DNA from: Yuukianura sp. NJ FZ-2021
Taxonomy: Eukaryota
NCBI GenBank assembly: GCA_046563655.1
Contig: CM102283.1
Location: 9,052,001-9,116,000, forward strand
Direction of reading: 5' to 3'
Length of the DNA: 64,000 bases
The notes below the pieces were generated by a model. That model ran no database searches, had not been told where the DNA came from, and saw nothing but the letters and a program-made list of their open reading frames with translations. The stretch's first letter is position 1; each line of letters begins with the position of its first letter. Positions 12,231 to 24,353 of the stretch are shown piece by piece. Made by a program: the position numbers and the translations under genes.

Positions 12231-13854
12231 ATGACTGAGGAACTGGAACTGTCATCAGCTGAAGTAGAAGTTAAGCCGGAAGATACCAACGGAACATCAG
12301 TCTCGGTCTCTTCATCCGACGGTCCTGATAAGGCAACGACATCAACCGAATCAATGGAGGACGGTCTAGCGAAAGCGGCTTCAGCATTGTCCCAAGGCAA
12401 GCGAAGTCTCCTCATTAAGGACGTTCAACAGGCACTGTCCAGCTTGTCAGATGCTTGTAATCTGTACTCGCAACTTGTTGGATCCTTTGGAGCTCCAGAG
12501 GCACATTACTACTATGGAAAGGCTCTTCTAGGTTAGTTCTTAAGTATTTGACTTTACTAACAAGTTATGATGAGGATGATCGAATTCAAACATTGTTTAT
12601 AGAAAGTGCCCGATGTGAACTGTCAGTACTGCCAGCAGAAGCGGTTGAGAAGATCACAGAAACGAATGAAGGCGAGGACGACGACGAAGAAGAGGAAGAA
12701 GAAAGTGAAAAAGAAGAAGATGAAGAGGAGGAAGAAGATGACAAGAAAATGGAAGAGGATCTTAACGTTCCAAGTCCCACTCCCGCCGTAGCCAACGATG
12801 ACGCAACTCCCGGATCAAGCAGCGATACTCCACCGACAGTTTCAGAAGAGAAGCCAGCAGAAGGAATCGATGCATCCACTGATGCTGCCACAACTAAACT
12901 TGGGGAAGGTGGCGAAGAAGAACTGGAGCAATCCAGCTTGGAATTGGCTTGGGAAGTACTTGAAATTGCCAAAGTCTCTTACCAAAAAGAACTGGACGAC
13001 GTCAATGAAAAACTGAATGAAGTCCAGCAGAAGGAAGATGAGCCTTCAAAAGATGAGTCTGAAAAATTAGTCCAGAAAATCAAAGATTTGAAGCGGAAAC
13101 TAGCAGATACTCATCTTCTGCTGGGTGATGTTGCCACCGAGAGCGAATTTTATGAACAAGCCCAAGCAGAATTCCGTACATCTCTGACGATTCTGCGTGA
13201 TACGGAGAAGGAAGAGATCAGCCGTGAAATTGCTCAATGCTACTTTCAACTTGGTCTGGCGTATCACTTTGACAAGAAGTTTACCGAGTCAATCGAATGT
13301 TATGAAAAGGCCATCACTCTTATCAAAAACCGAATTGCTGAATTGCAGTCGCTGATTGACAAGAAACAAACCATGAAGGACTTGGGCAAAGAAACAAAGG
13401 ATCCGAATTACTCCGAAGCAGCAGAAATTACTGAACTGGAAGGAATCGTTAGAGATTTGGAAGATAAAGTGGCGGATACTATCGATGCTCAGAAGGATTC
13501 ACTCAGGACAAAGGAAGAAGAAAAAGTTGAACAAGAAATTATGGAACGAAACAGTCCCGTGAAGAATCCGAAACCATTGGCTGTCAACGACATTTCCCAT
13601 TTGGTAAAAAAGAAGAAGAAGTTGGATGAAGATGAGACTGAAAAGATGCAACCACCAGCTAAAAAGCAGTGTATGGATCCAGTAGTCGTCGATGCTTCCC
13701 ATGCTGAAGCTGATGCTGCTGCTGCTGTTTCTTCTACCAATGGAAATGGCAAGCATCATGATGAAAACGTAAGCATTCAAAACGACTTTTCATCGTTTCG
13801 AGCCCTTCTGAAGAAAGTCATGTTAATTTTTTTTGCTTTTGTTTTTTTTAGTGA
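12231..13854 (+). CDS. NASP: NASP/HGV2-like histone chaperone (SHNi-TPR, acidic)
   Basis: Exons 12231-12531, 12603-13768 and 13852-13854. Motifs YYYGKALL, acidic tract, LELAWEVLEIAK, LLLGDVATESEFYEQA, IAQCYFQLGLA and C-terminal DISHLVKKKKK. Confidence 0.9.
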
Positions 13855-14269
13855 ACCAACCTCTCTCAAAAGCGATTTCAAATCCAGCGTTCAGCAACCA
13901 ACAGTGTGTTGGTAACTTGGTTTTTGGGGGTTATTTTATACACCAAGTTTTTCCAGCTTATAATTTATCGTAATTTGTAAGTTTAGTCGAGCCACGGTCT
14001 GTTAATCTACTTAAACTTAATTAATTCCCAACTTACCCCGGCGAATTTTTCTCAACTTGTGACAACAAACTCTCCAGTGTTGTAATTGAATTCGATGTGA
14101 TTAATTCTGAGAGTAATTCGAATTTAAGGAATAAGTTAATTGGTCAAGTTACTCAATTTTTACAGTTGGAACTTTCATTTATAAGATTTTGCATAAATAA
14201 AATTCAGTTTCACATTCACCTGCTAAAGTCATTGCATATTGCTCAAACCGTACCGTAATTTTCCAGGAA

Positions 14270-15257
14270 ATGGCCGCAAATGGATCCAGTGACGGTGACA
14301 TTTTGGAAGAAGTGATTGATCATGTCCCGAACGTAGTAATTGCAGAAGAGGTAGATGCAAGGCCATTCTATTCTGATGCTGCCAAGTACTGGGCCAGTGT
14401 TGACCCCACTGTAGACGGAATGCTGGGTAACCTCGGCCACTTGTCTCAGCTGGATATCCAGAACTCTGAGAAATTCTTGAAAGAAATCTTTTCGGTAATT
14501 GAATGCAACTTAAACTATTCAGATAGATTGATTGAAAATTAATTTCAAATTGATTAATTGTGTAAATGTTTTTGTTTCACTAGCAATCCAATCCTCCAGG
14601 AAAATCATGGGCGCTGGACTGTGGTGCTGGAATTGGACGAATTACGAAAAACTTGTTGCAGCGATTTTTCCAGAAGATTGACCTCGTAGATCAGGATCCG
14701 CATTTCATTGAAGAAGCAACCAAGAACTTAGCTGACAGCGACAGAGTGGGACAATTCACTGCTTGTGGTAAAAGCTCAACTATTAAGTCTTCATCAATTG
14801 ATAAACTACGAAGTTAGTCAATTACTTCACCCTTGACTTATGACATTCAACAGGTCTCCAAAAGTACACTCCAGAACCAGGGAAGTATGATGTAATTTGG
14901 GTGCAATGGGTGCTGCAACATCTCACTGACGAAGATTTAGTTGAGTTCCTTCATCGATGCAAGTAAGACAAAGACCGTCAATCTATGCTGAACTAATCTA
15001 AAAGTTAATCGATTAAACTATGGTATAGAGCGGGCCTTAAACCTAACGGGGTAATAGTAATCAAGGAAAACACGACGAGAACGGAAAAAGTGGACAATGA
15101 CACGACGGACTCTTCAGTCACACGATCGTTCTCTATCTTTCTGAAAATATTTGCACAAGCTGGACTCAGAGTGACATCACGCCTCAAACAGACAAGATTC
15201 CCGAAAGATCTGTATCCCGTATGGTCATTCGCCTTGAAACCGAAAACGTCTGGATGA
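14270..15257 (+). CDS. NTMT1: Alpha N-terminal protein methyltransferase 1
   Basis: Exons 14270-14494, 14584-14767, 14854-14962 and 15029-15257. Motifs YW..V.PTVDGMLG, ALDCGAGIGRITK, YDVIWVQWV, KEN, DSSVTR and FP.DLYPV. Confidence 0.92.
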
Positions 15258-15347
15258 TTTGAATACTTGGACAATTGAATAAACAAATTGAGTTGATTTT
15301 TTCAGTTACTTGTTATTAGATAAAAACAAAGATGAAACTGAATTTAT

Positions 15348-16094
15348 TTAAGCCTTAACTGCGTAGACACGGTTGGGGAAGCATCGGAGTCTACGCAACT
15401 GCTTGGATGTTTTCAAGTTCTTTTCGTGCTTGGTCATCTCTCGCCTCTTGGCACGGGTCTTCTTGGGCCTCAAGTCCAGTGGTTGCAGTCGCTTGTTCTA
15501 AAACACAGATAATCATTGATCAATTAACGACTTCCATTAATTGTCTACTCTTTAAGCCTTCTTTACTCTTTTGTAATTCATGCCCTACCTTGTAAAACTT
15601 CTTCAAGTTTTCCTTCTGCTTCTGGTGCATGACAATGTGGACTCGGGCGATAGCTTTCCTGACAACTCGGCTAAAAAATATGCCAATTCCATTAAAAAAC
15701 ACGCAACTTTAAGGAATCTTTGTCAAATTGTGTAAATTCAAGTACATTTTGGAAAGTTTGGACGCAGCTCCGCCGGTGACTTTAGCTACTCGAAGGCTCT
15801 GGAGTTCGCCCTTCAAATCCTCCAGTTGCTTGACCAAGTCCTCCTTCTTCTTGGTCCTCAGCTCGGAGCATTTTACTTTCACCTGAAAACAAACATCAGT
15901 GAATGTAAAATTAGCAAATACTTTACATATTCTTAGTTTCGTTTTTATGTTAATCTTAATCTCCTTTCAACGTAACGTGTAGTACGAGGGGGGCATTAGA
16001 GGAACAGCAGTTCAGTAGTTACTTACAAATATGCTTGACCCGACATATTAGAAACGATACTTAACTTCTAGCTGATGAATTAATTACTTACCAT
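15348..16094 (-). CDS. RpL35: 60S ribosomal protein L35 (uL29)
   Basis: ATG-only first coding exon at 16094-16092, then [45 protein letters not shown] and [15 protein letters not shown]. Confidence 0.95.
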
Positions 16095-16147
16095 TGTGAT
16101 TAATTGATGTAAAACTATCGATCAATGCGGAGAACTTTTACCGACAC

Positions 16148-16157
16148 GGAAAGAAGA
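16148..16157 (-). promoter_or_regulatory. TCT/polypyrimidine initiator (5'TOP-like) of RpL35
   Basis: TCTTCTTTCC on the minus strand about 55 nt upstream of the ATG, typical of ribosomal protein genes. Confidence 0.6.
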
Positions 16158-16993
16158 CAACACGCTGTTCAGTAGGCAGATTTGTGTTGAAATTGAATTT
16201 TTCTATGCCGAAGTCATCTTCATTTACATCCACTAGAGGACGGCATGAGCGGTTCTTCGAAATTCCTAAGCTAATTAATTTACTCACAGTTTCGGATAGT
16301 TCAAACTCACATTATTTAGATAACTACCAATTGTATTAGTTTACTTATAAAAGCTATACAGAATTGTTAATTTAAATTGAAACATTTAAAATTCATCTAA
16401 TCTTATTGTTTTACATTTCACTTATGCGCTTCACCACGTTAAGCTATTTGGGAAACGTTTTTTTATTCGAGGCGGTAGTTTTGAAGTGTCAATTTTGTAC
16501 GGCTATAAAAATGCCAATGACAAATTGCCATTGGTGAAATACAAAACTACAAAACCAGAAATATTTCGCCATTGGTTTAACGCAAACAGCTGAGGCGAAA
16601 TTGCAATTCAAAAAATGGGGAATTTTGTTTTGCAATTGTAGTTATGCCAGACTTTCGGAATTCGATGTTTGTTTTTCTATTTTTTTTTCTATTTGCGGTA
16701 GCTTTTGGGTGCGTCAACTCTCATCAGTTGATTTGATGCTCAGTGAAGTCATAAAGATAATTAGGTGTCCGTTCCGTTTACTCATCAGTTAATTAATTGT
16801 AGGAGAATTCAAGTGAAAAGTTGTAAAAATCATCCCACAGGAACGTCTCTGGTGAACTCTTCAGTGATATTGCCGTTGGGTTAGTTTTTTTTTAGATTTT
16901 GAGCTTATTCGATATCGATAACCTCGACTTGTTTTTTAACATTAATCTCTTTTAGGTGATTGGAGTTTCGGTGTTTAACTATCCAGTCGCTAA

Positions 16994-17524
16994 ATGGCGA
17001 AGAACACTAGTAGTTCGGCATTCCGGAAGATCGACGTTGATGAATACAATGAAGACAATTACAAAGAGGAAGATCCCTCTGAAATCCAGTCACCAATTGC
17101 TGGTCCAGATGAAAACGAAATCACACAATTACTTACTCAAGGAAAGAATGTTGATGCATTGAAATCTTGTCTTCGTAGTGCACCATTGGGTTCAAAAAAT
17201 CAGAAAGTCAAGGTAAATCATAGTTCAATTCGTGTTTACCAACTAGGTAATTCAGGACCATAAGATTTAACTCTTGATCTTCAGGATAACGCACTGGAAG
17301 TTACGCTGCGTGTTCTCCTTTCTATCAAATCGTCTCAAATGGAAGAAGCCGTCCAGAAGTTAGATTCGGACGAAGTTGACACCCTAATGAAATATATTTA
17401 CCGTGGATTCGAGATACCCAACGAACGATCCAGTGCTCATCTACTGGCATGGCACGAAAGAGCCTTCGCTGTTGGAGGAACCGGTTCCATTACACGCGTC
17501 CTGACTGACCGGAAGCGGGTTTAA
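16994..17524 (+). CDS. ARPC5: Arp2/3 complex subunit 5
   Basis: Exons 16994-17212 and 17285-17524. MAKNTSSSAFRKIDVD, DTLMKYIYRGFE, LLAWHE and GSITRVLTDRKRV. Confidence 0.95.
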
Positions 17525-17919
17525 ATTGAATCAAATATCAACATTTTCTATTCCCACTTCCACTTGTAATTCATTTCCAAAGATTAATCGCACAAAACCT
17601 GTAAAGTTAATCACACGCTTTTATTCAGACATAATAAATTGTGATTGGTGACTCTTTTGACAAGTTCAGTAATTCCACCACATAACTCACTTTAACTTTA
17701 AAGTTACGCAACAAAATTATGCGAAATATTTAGCAGTTTACGTAAAACTCAAGCGTCACAAAATCTCGAAGTTGTGAAAACCACGTTGTGTTTGTGTGAT
17801 GTCGTGTTTGGTGATCTCTTTTTAACTTTCAACGAGAATTTGGAATATTTAGCACAAAAGTGAGCCTTGAAGATTATCGACGAGTCCACAGCAAAACTTA
17901 AACCTAATTCAAATACTTC

Positions 17920-18784
17920 TTAGGCCAAAAGCAGCCAAGCAATGAAGATGCAAGCAATCCAAAGAAATATTTTTGACAGAAACTCTTGTTCTTCCAATTG
18001 CTCAGCATTCATAAAATTCATTCCAGGAACTGGTCCTCCTGTCAACCAAAAAACGGTTTTAATCGTGTACTTACTGAAATTCAATTTTTGTTAATTTTCA
18101 GATTGAAAAGTTACCTGGTTGAGCCCAATTGAAAGCAGAAGCAAAGAAGCCGAACGGAAACGCTCCGATACCAAAGCTCATATGGAATCCCCCGTTTCCA
18201 TCGTTTCCGCCTCCACCCCAATTGAATCGATTCTGTTCCGATTGTTCCGTTCTGACAGGGGTTGGTCGCGGTGGGACTTTGGAGCGCGGATCAACTCCGG
18301 AACCGCCACGTCCATAAAGTGGAATGACTTTGTCCCGGGTTATGGCTGCTTTACAAACGGGACAAGATTGGCGATTTGGCCGAGTTTCTAACCACTGATG
18401 AAGGCATGGCCAGCAGAACAAATGTCCACAATAACTCACTACGGCATCTTTGGCTGCAAAGTACCAAAAAAAGTAAAAATTAACATCTAAACACCATATG
18501 ACCTTAAGTATCTCTATAATTTTCGTATTTCTATTTTGTTCCTTACCAACGTCAAGGCAGATATTGCATTCGAATGATTTGGCCTCTTCTTCCTTATCAC
18601 GGTCTGCATCTTTAGATCCACCAGCATCAGCATTCCTGGTAGCTGAAAATGAAGTTGATGACCCTGATGTTGAGGTTGAGGGTTCTGGTTCCGGGTTGGT
18701 ATTTGTACTGTCGCTGCTTCCTTCCATAGATGTTGATAGCGGAGGTTCCGTTGACTGTGGTTGTGGAATAGAATGGAGGTCCAT
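17920..18784 (-). CDS. RNF185: RING E3 ubiquitin ligase RNF5/RNF185-like
   Basis: Exons 18784-18547, 18453-18115 and 18038-17920. [52 protein letters not shown] and a hydrophobic C-terminus. Confidence 0.9.
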
Positions 18785-19591
18785 TGATAATTGACTGGAG
18801 ATTTGACGTCGTCAAGTTGACGTCTCGCTTGATGACCTGCTTCAAGGACTATCAGAACTTCCTGGATCCTGTCTCCACTTAGAACGAACGATGCTTGACG
18901 ATACCGCGTCTGTAAACAACAGTAAGTCGTTGTTATTAATTAGCTAAGTAAGTTTAAAACCAAAACTGCATTTAGGATGTAAAAATGAGTAGGTATTCGG
19001 TATCGGTGTTATTACAATCTCACAATCTAATCAACCTGACGTGTTATTATTGGCACAACGCGTCATGTGCCGTGTGATCTACTCTACCTATGCTATCCGT
19101 GGGTGGGGTGGTGTTATTTATCAATCAATTAGCTTGATTACTCAAGGCAAAATCTTTTTTTGTCGTTAATTTCATCCATTTTACTAACGTTGTTACTTAC
19201 GTGTGCCTTTTACCTTGACCTAGTTTTGTGATTTGCGAATTATAAGTGCCAATTTATAAAACTTCCGCTTTCTGCTGGCAGAGTACAAGCACCTTGTTAG
19301 CTGAATAATCAATGCAAATCAATTGTTGACTGACGTGTTTACTCCTTAAGTGCCTGCTGACGATTTACTGGAAGACGAAAGAAAAAGATAGTGCAGCAGA
19401 TTTAACAGGTGATTTCTTCCTTGGCTATGCTCTGCTATGCTTTTCATGTCTGCCTATGCTTAGTTATATGACGAGTGTCTATACCTACATATACTACGCA
19501 GTTTTTTTTGCGTCTACTTATCTTTAGTACTTTAGCGTACGCTGGATCGCTTGTTACTGGTAGTATTTGCTTTATCTTTATTAATTAATGA

Positions 19592-21127
19592 TTAATCCTT
19601 AACATTAAGTCCAGAGGTAAGGTGAAGCCTTTTTAAAAGAGCTGCAAAGTCATGTGATGTGTAGCAAAGGACTGCAAGGGACTTGGGCTTTTGTCCTTGA
19701 CCTTGCAGTTGAGAAAGTCTATCTTCAATAGTTTCCACTTTGTGGGCAAGTATCCTTGGATTCTCTAGAATCTGATCAGAAGTAAATCCTTTGCTGAGTA
19801 GAAACTGGATCATTTCGTTGAGTTTAGTAGCACTGGAAGTTCGGATTGATGGTACACGTAGTAGAATTTCAGAAGCTTTGTTTGTGGAGCACTTAAGGGC
19901 AGTTGCTAGGAAGCTTGTGATGTCACTGTGTCCCGAACGTAATTCAGCTTCTTCTCGAACCCTTTGTAAATAGCTGTAAAAAATCAAATTGTTTAGTTGG
20001 TTTGAAAAGATAAGGCAATTATCAGTTCACCTTAAAAACGCGAGTGGCGTACATCGCAGCATCCAAGGTTTGACGTTCGTGAGACCATTTTCCTTGCATA
20101 AAGCGAGCTTCGTTTCAATTTTCTGAAGAACATTGGTAAACACGAACGGATCACTGACTATATCTTCTGGCAGAATGCCGTTTTCTAAAAAAAAACTAAA
20201 TTAATTCATGTTTAGCAATATTTCGGTAAAAAGTGTTGTGATTATGTCATACCCAGCATACAAGCTATTTTTGCTTCTATTGAAGCTAGTGGGGATGTCG
20301 TCAACGACGGAGTTCGTCTCATCATTTCCGATACATCGTGAGATTCACAGTCCAGTCGACACGCTAAACGTTCTATACGATTAAGAAATGGTGGTACGCT
20401 TGTCGCCTCAGCTGAATCTCGTCTTCTCGAATCCAAATTCATTTCCTTCTTCCAAATTGATCCAATTCGTAGGATTCTTTGTGTAGGAAGGTGAAATAAG
20501 GACGACGCAGTTCGAAACTCATGTATTTTCAATACGGATTCCAATGTAGCAGCCTTCTCAATCATGGCTCCTGAAGAAACAGACAACGGTCATAGGTCAG
20601 ACTCATGTTCCGATGAAAATTTAGTACAGGATTCACCTGGTTCCATCAGTAACAACATTGGATTCTTCTGCAGATGCGTCTTAGGGATTCCGTTGTTTTC
20701 CAAGAACTTCGAAGTAGACTTAATTTGTTCGTATCTCACACTCTGAAACTGGTCATGTTTTAAAAGTATTTGCTCTGCCTTTCTGGTCGTGTCAAGGTCA
20801 AGTATTTGTTTTAAAAGGAATACAATGTCATCGACAGCTTGTTCTTTTCCTTCCACGTCCACCTCTGGTTGGTGGACTAACATTGGCAGTCGTTTTCTCT
20901 TGAAGTCTTGTACATCATGGGCAGTTGACACTGATGCAGCGCTCCGTGTAAAGTTCAACTGGAATTTAAATATTTTTTGCAATTACTTTTCATAATTTAA
21001 ATTACATTCAGTTTCAATAACTCAGCGGAGTTCTTACGATTTCGTAACTTCTACGTGTTTCACCCCAGTGATTTTTTATTCGTGTGCTGAGAACAATCAG
21101 TCTTGTAGCAAAGTATCTACTGGTCAT
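19592..21127 (-). CDS. mTERF-family mitochondrial transcription termination factor-like protein
   Basis: Multi-exon. Basic presequence MTSRYFATRLIV, then repeated mTERF-like motifs (LQKNPMLL, MRRTPSL, DIVSDPFVF, LLRVPSI, FLLSKGFTSDQILENPRIL). Confidence 0.75.
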
Positions 21128-21325
21128 ATTCGTCAATTAATTGTGTACAGGAATTCCAATTAATATAAAATAACAAATAAAATATAAAAAATCCATGCAA
21201 TTGAGTGATTGCTGAGCAAAGTAAACAGCTGATGAGAGTAAACAAACAGGAGTTTAAAAATTGAGCATTTGAATTTCGCGGGCTGTGTTAAACCACTTCG
21301 ACGTTACGTCGCGTCGATACGTCCT

Positions 21326-21333
21326 TATCGATA
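21326..21333. promoter_or_regulatory. DRE motif TATCGATA between the divergent mTERF-like and TPMT-like genes (another copy at 16913-16920)
   Basis: Exact DREF-type motif near housekeeping gene 5' ends. Confidence 0.4.
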
Positions 21334-21904
21334 TGAAACCCAAACCACTTGAGTTATTGTACCAAAATGTTACATCATCTCTAACTTAAAGGCAGATTTG
21401 ATAAGGTTGCTCAAAGGTCAAAGGCCAAAGACTCTTATGCCAGCCCAAAATTCGAAGTTTGTTATCATAATGTTTTGTGTTTTAGTGTAGCTTTTTGTGA
21501 TTATGCAGTCATTTCTAGCAGTTTCTTTCCAGTTCCACGTCACAGTTCTTAAAAATCAAATTATTTAGTAGTTTTCATAGTTTTAACGACTTCTCTTCTT
21601 CTAATTTTCTATAGCAAGTAATCAAACCTAAGTTCAACGACTATAAGAAAATCACGCCTGAATACACTATAAGTATTTACGATTGGTCATTCATAGAATA
21701 GCCAGATTTTGAGCAGCTATATTTTAAAAAACTATTTTTAAATCTACAGGTCAAAGTTACTATTTTGAGGAAAAGACAGCGCAAAAGGATTCCAGTCTCT
21801 CATTTTGGTAAGTTTCTTACATTTTTGAACCCGGAAATCAAAATCATCAACTGAGTCAAATTTTTCCACTGTTTTAGTACACTCAGAATCTTGTTCAAAG
21901 GATC

Positions 21905-22707
21905 ATGGCGCAGACTCCAAGTGTGGCCATGGTGGACGGAATGGATTACTGGGCTCAGCGCTGGAAAGAGCGCAAAACGGGATGGCACTTGTACAATGTC
22001 AACCCGACGCTGATTGAGTACTTGAATCGCTTAGCCGAACCAGGTCAATCTAAGAAGTTCTTCTTACCCCTCTGTGGCCAAACGTATGACATTGCCTATC
22101 TCCTTGGACTGGGACACTCCGTCTTTGGCGTTGAAGGGGTCAAAGAGGCCATTGCGCAACTCAACGAACGAGATAACCTTGGAATGGAGTTTAACCAACA
22201 AGATTCTGCGTTTAAGTCACCCGATGGAAGACTTGTGATTTACATTGGAGACATTTTGGAGTGTCCCGTTGAGAAGTGGGGTCCATTCGATGTCATCTTT
22301 GACCGAGCTTCACTCATAGCCATGAACTATGTCAATCGACAAGGCTACGTTGACGTTATCAAAAGAAGTGTCACAAAATCCCAAAATGAATGTAAGAAAA
22401 ACTCATTTTAGGCAGAATTTTTAACTAAACGTTCAAAAAGTAGTGCTAATCAAGTTGAAAAATTTAAATTTCAGACGCTGATTTCAAAATTCTACTGGAA
22501 GTGGTCAACTACGACAAATTGTTGCACGCTGGACCGCCGCGGGCTGTTGATGCTGATGACATGGCCAACTTGTTTGGTTCTTGGACAACTTCCGAAGTAC
22601 TCAATCAACAAGGGCCGACTGGAGTATTCCTGAGACTACAGTCATCGCTTCCTACTGGTAGTACTGTTGACGTTACACTTTACCTCTTAACTCCAAAACT
22701 ATTTTGA
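21905..22707 (+). CDS. Thiopurine S-methyltransferase-like protein, copy 1
   Basis: Exons 21905-22391 and 22475-22707. W.QRW..GWH..VNP.L, FLPLCG, GH.V.GVE, FD.IFDRASL.A and GPP. Confidence 0.85.
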
Positions 22708-22933
22708 TTACTTGTTATGCTAATCAATTAATTGAAAATACACTACAACTGAATTTTATTTACAATTTTCTTGTCGCAGAGTCTCAAGACTTATTATAAG
22801 AAAAAGGATAATCAACTTGCTCAGCAAGTTTGACAGCTTTCGAACATAAAGATGTCCACTCGTCAGAAAGTTGATATCCCATTCAATCCCGCCATTTATC
22901 AATCTGCGTAGGCTCGTAACTTACCTGACTTTA

Positions 22934-22978
22934 GACGTTAATGACCAAACTGGCTCATACATCTTGGTCATTAACGTC
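22934..22978. repeat. Perfect 15-bp inverted repeat with a 15-nt spacer
   Basis: GACGTTAATGACCAA at 22934-22948 and TTGGTCATTAACGTC at 22964-22978. Confidence 0.9.
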
Positions 22979-23085
22979 CAACTTCGAACTCATGTTGCTA
23001 AGCGTCTCTCAGTTGAAGGACAGTTAAGGTCAAACATAGGTTATAAATATAAGTGAAGTACACGCAGAATCTTGTTGAAAGGATC

Positions 23086-23894
23086 ATGGCTCAGACTCCA
23101 AGTGTGGCAGGGATTGACATGGTGGACGGAATGGACTACTGGGCTCAGCGTTGGAAAGAGGGCAAAGCGGGATGGCAGTTGGACAGTGTCAACCCGACGC
23201 TGATTGAGTACTTGAATCGCTTAGCCGAACCAGGTCAATCGAAAAAGTTCTTCTTACCTCTCTGTGGCCAGACCCATGACATTGCCTATCTCATTGGACT
23301 GGGACACTCTGTCTTTGGCGTTGAAGGGGTCAAAGAGGCCATTGCGCAACTCAACGAACGAGATAACCTTGGAATGGAGTTTAACCAACAAGATTCTGCG
23401 TTTAAGTCACCCGATGGAAGACTTGTGATTTACATTGGAGACATTCTGGAGTGTCCCGTTGAGAAGTGGGGTCCATTCGATGTCATCTTTGACCGAGGTT
23501 CACTCTCTGCCATGAACTATGTCAATCGACAAGGCTACATTGAAGTTATCAAAAGAAGTATCAGAAAATCTCAAAATGAATGTAAGAAAAACTCATTTTA
23601 GGCAGGATTTTTAACTAAAAGTACAAAAAGTGCAAATCAAGTTGAAAAATTTAATTTTCAGACGCTGATTTCAAAATTTTACTGGAAGTGATCAACTACG
23701 ACAAATCTTTGTACGCTGGACCGCCGCGGGCTGTTGACGCTAATGACATGGCCAACATGTATGGTTCTTGGACAACTTCCGAAGTACTTAATCAACATGG
23801 ACCGACTGGAGTATTGTTGAAGCTACTCTCATCGCTTCCTACCGGCAGTATAGTTGAAGTTACTATTTACCTCTTGACTCCAAAACTACTTTGA
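23086..23894 (+). CDS. Thiopurine S-methyltransferase-like protein, copy 2 (tandem duplicate)
   Basis: Exons 23086-23581 and 23662-23894. Same intron position as copy 1 and long identical blocks; TATA-like sequence at about 23042. Confidence 0.85.
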
Positions 23895-24028
23895 TTAATT
23901 GTTATGTTAATCAATTAATTGAAAACACAGTACAACGGAATTTAATTTACTAATTTTTGTAGTATTTGATTTGAAAAAATACAAAAATTCTATTTTCCAT
24001 TCTGTAACAGAATTGAAACTTGAAATTT

Positions 24029-24353
24029 TCATGCTCTTGGTGGAGCTGCGAAAGTTGTCATTTGCTTCCGAAGTAATTCTACAAAGGACATCAGCATGGA
24101 CGACATTGGAGGCTGCATACTGAGATTCAGCATTCCGGTTTTCGGCGGATTCGGCATCCGAAACTGCAGGATAAACGGACTGCGTCGGTATCGACGTCGG
24201 TTTACTTCAAATGACAAGAATATTTAGTTAAATTTTGATTTTTGAACAATTTTGGAAAAAAAATAGCTTGGTCTTACGTGATTTTGTTTTTCCGTGTTCC
24301 AGAAGAAAGCAAACACAAAGCAGCAAAACGATTAACGTTTTATTCAACTTCAT
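24029..24353 (-). CDS. Small secreted prepropeptide (83 aa), orphan
   Basis: Exons 24353-24278 and 24204-24029 splice in phase 1. Signal peptide MKLNKTLIVLLLCVCFLLEHG, then RRRYRR. Confidence 0.6.

Noticed and set aside
20572-20637. In-frame TGA between two mTERF ORFs, suggesting readthrough or a pseudogene
   Set aside because: The stop lies inside a short GT-AG intron whose removal restores the frame
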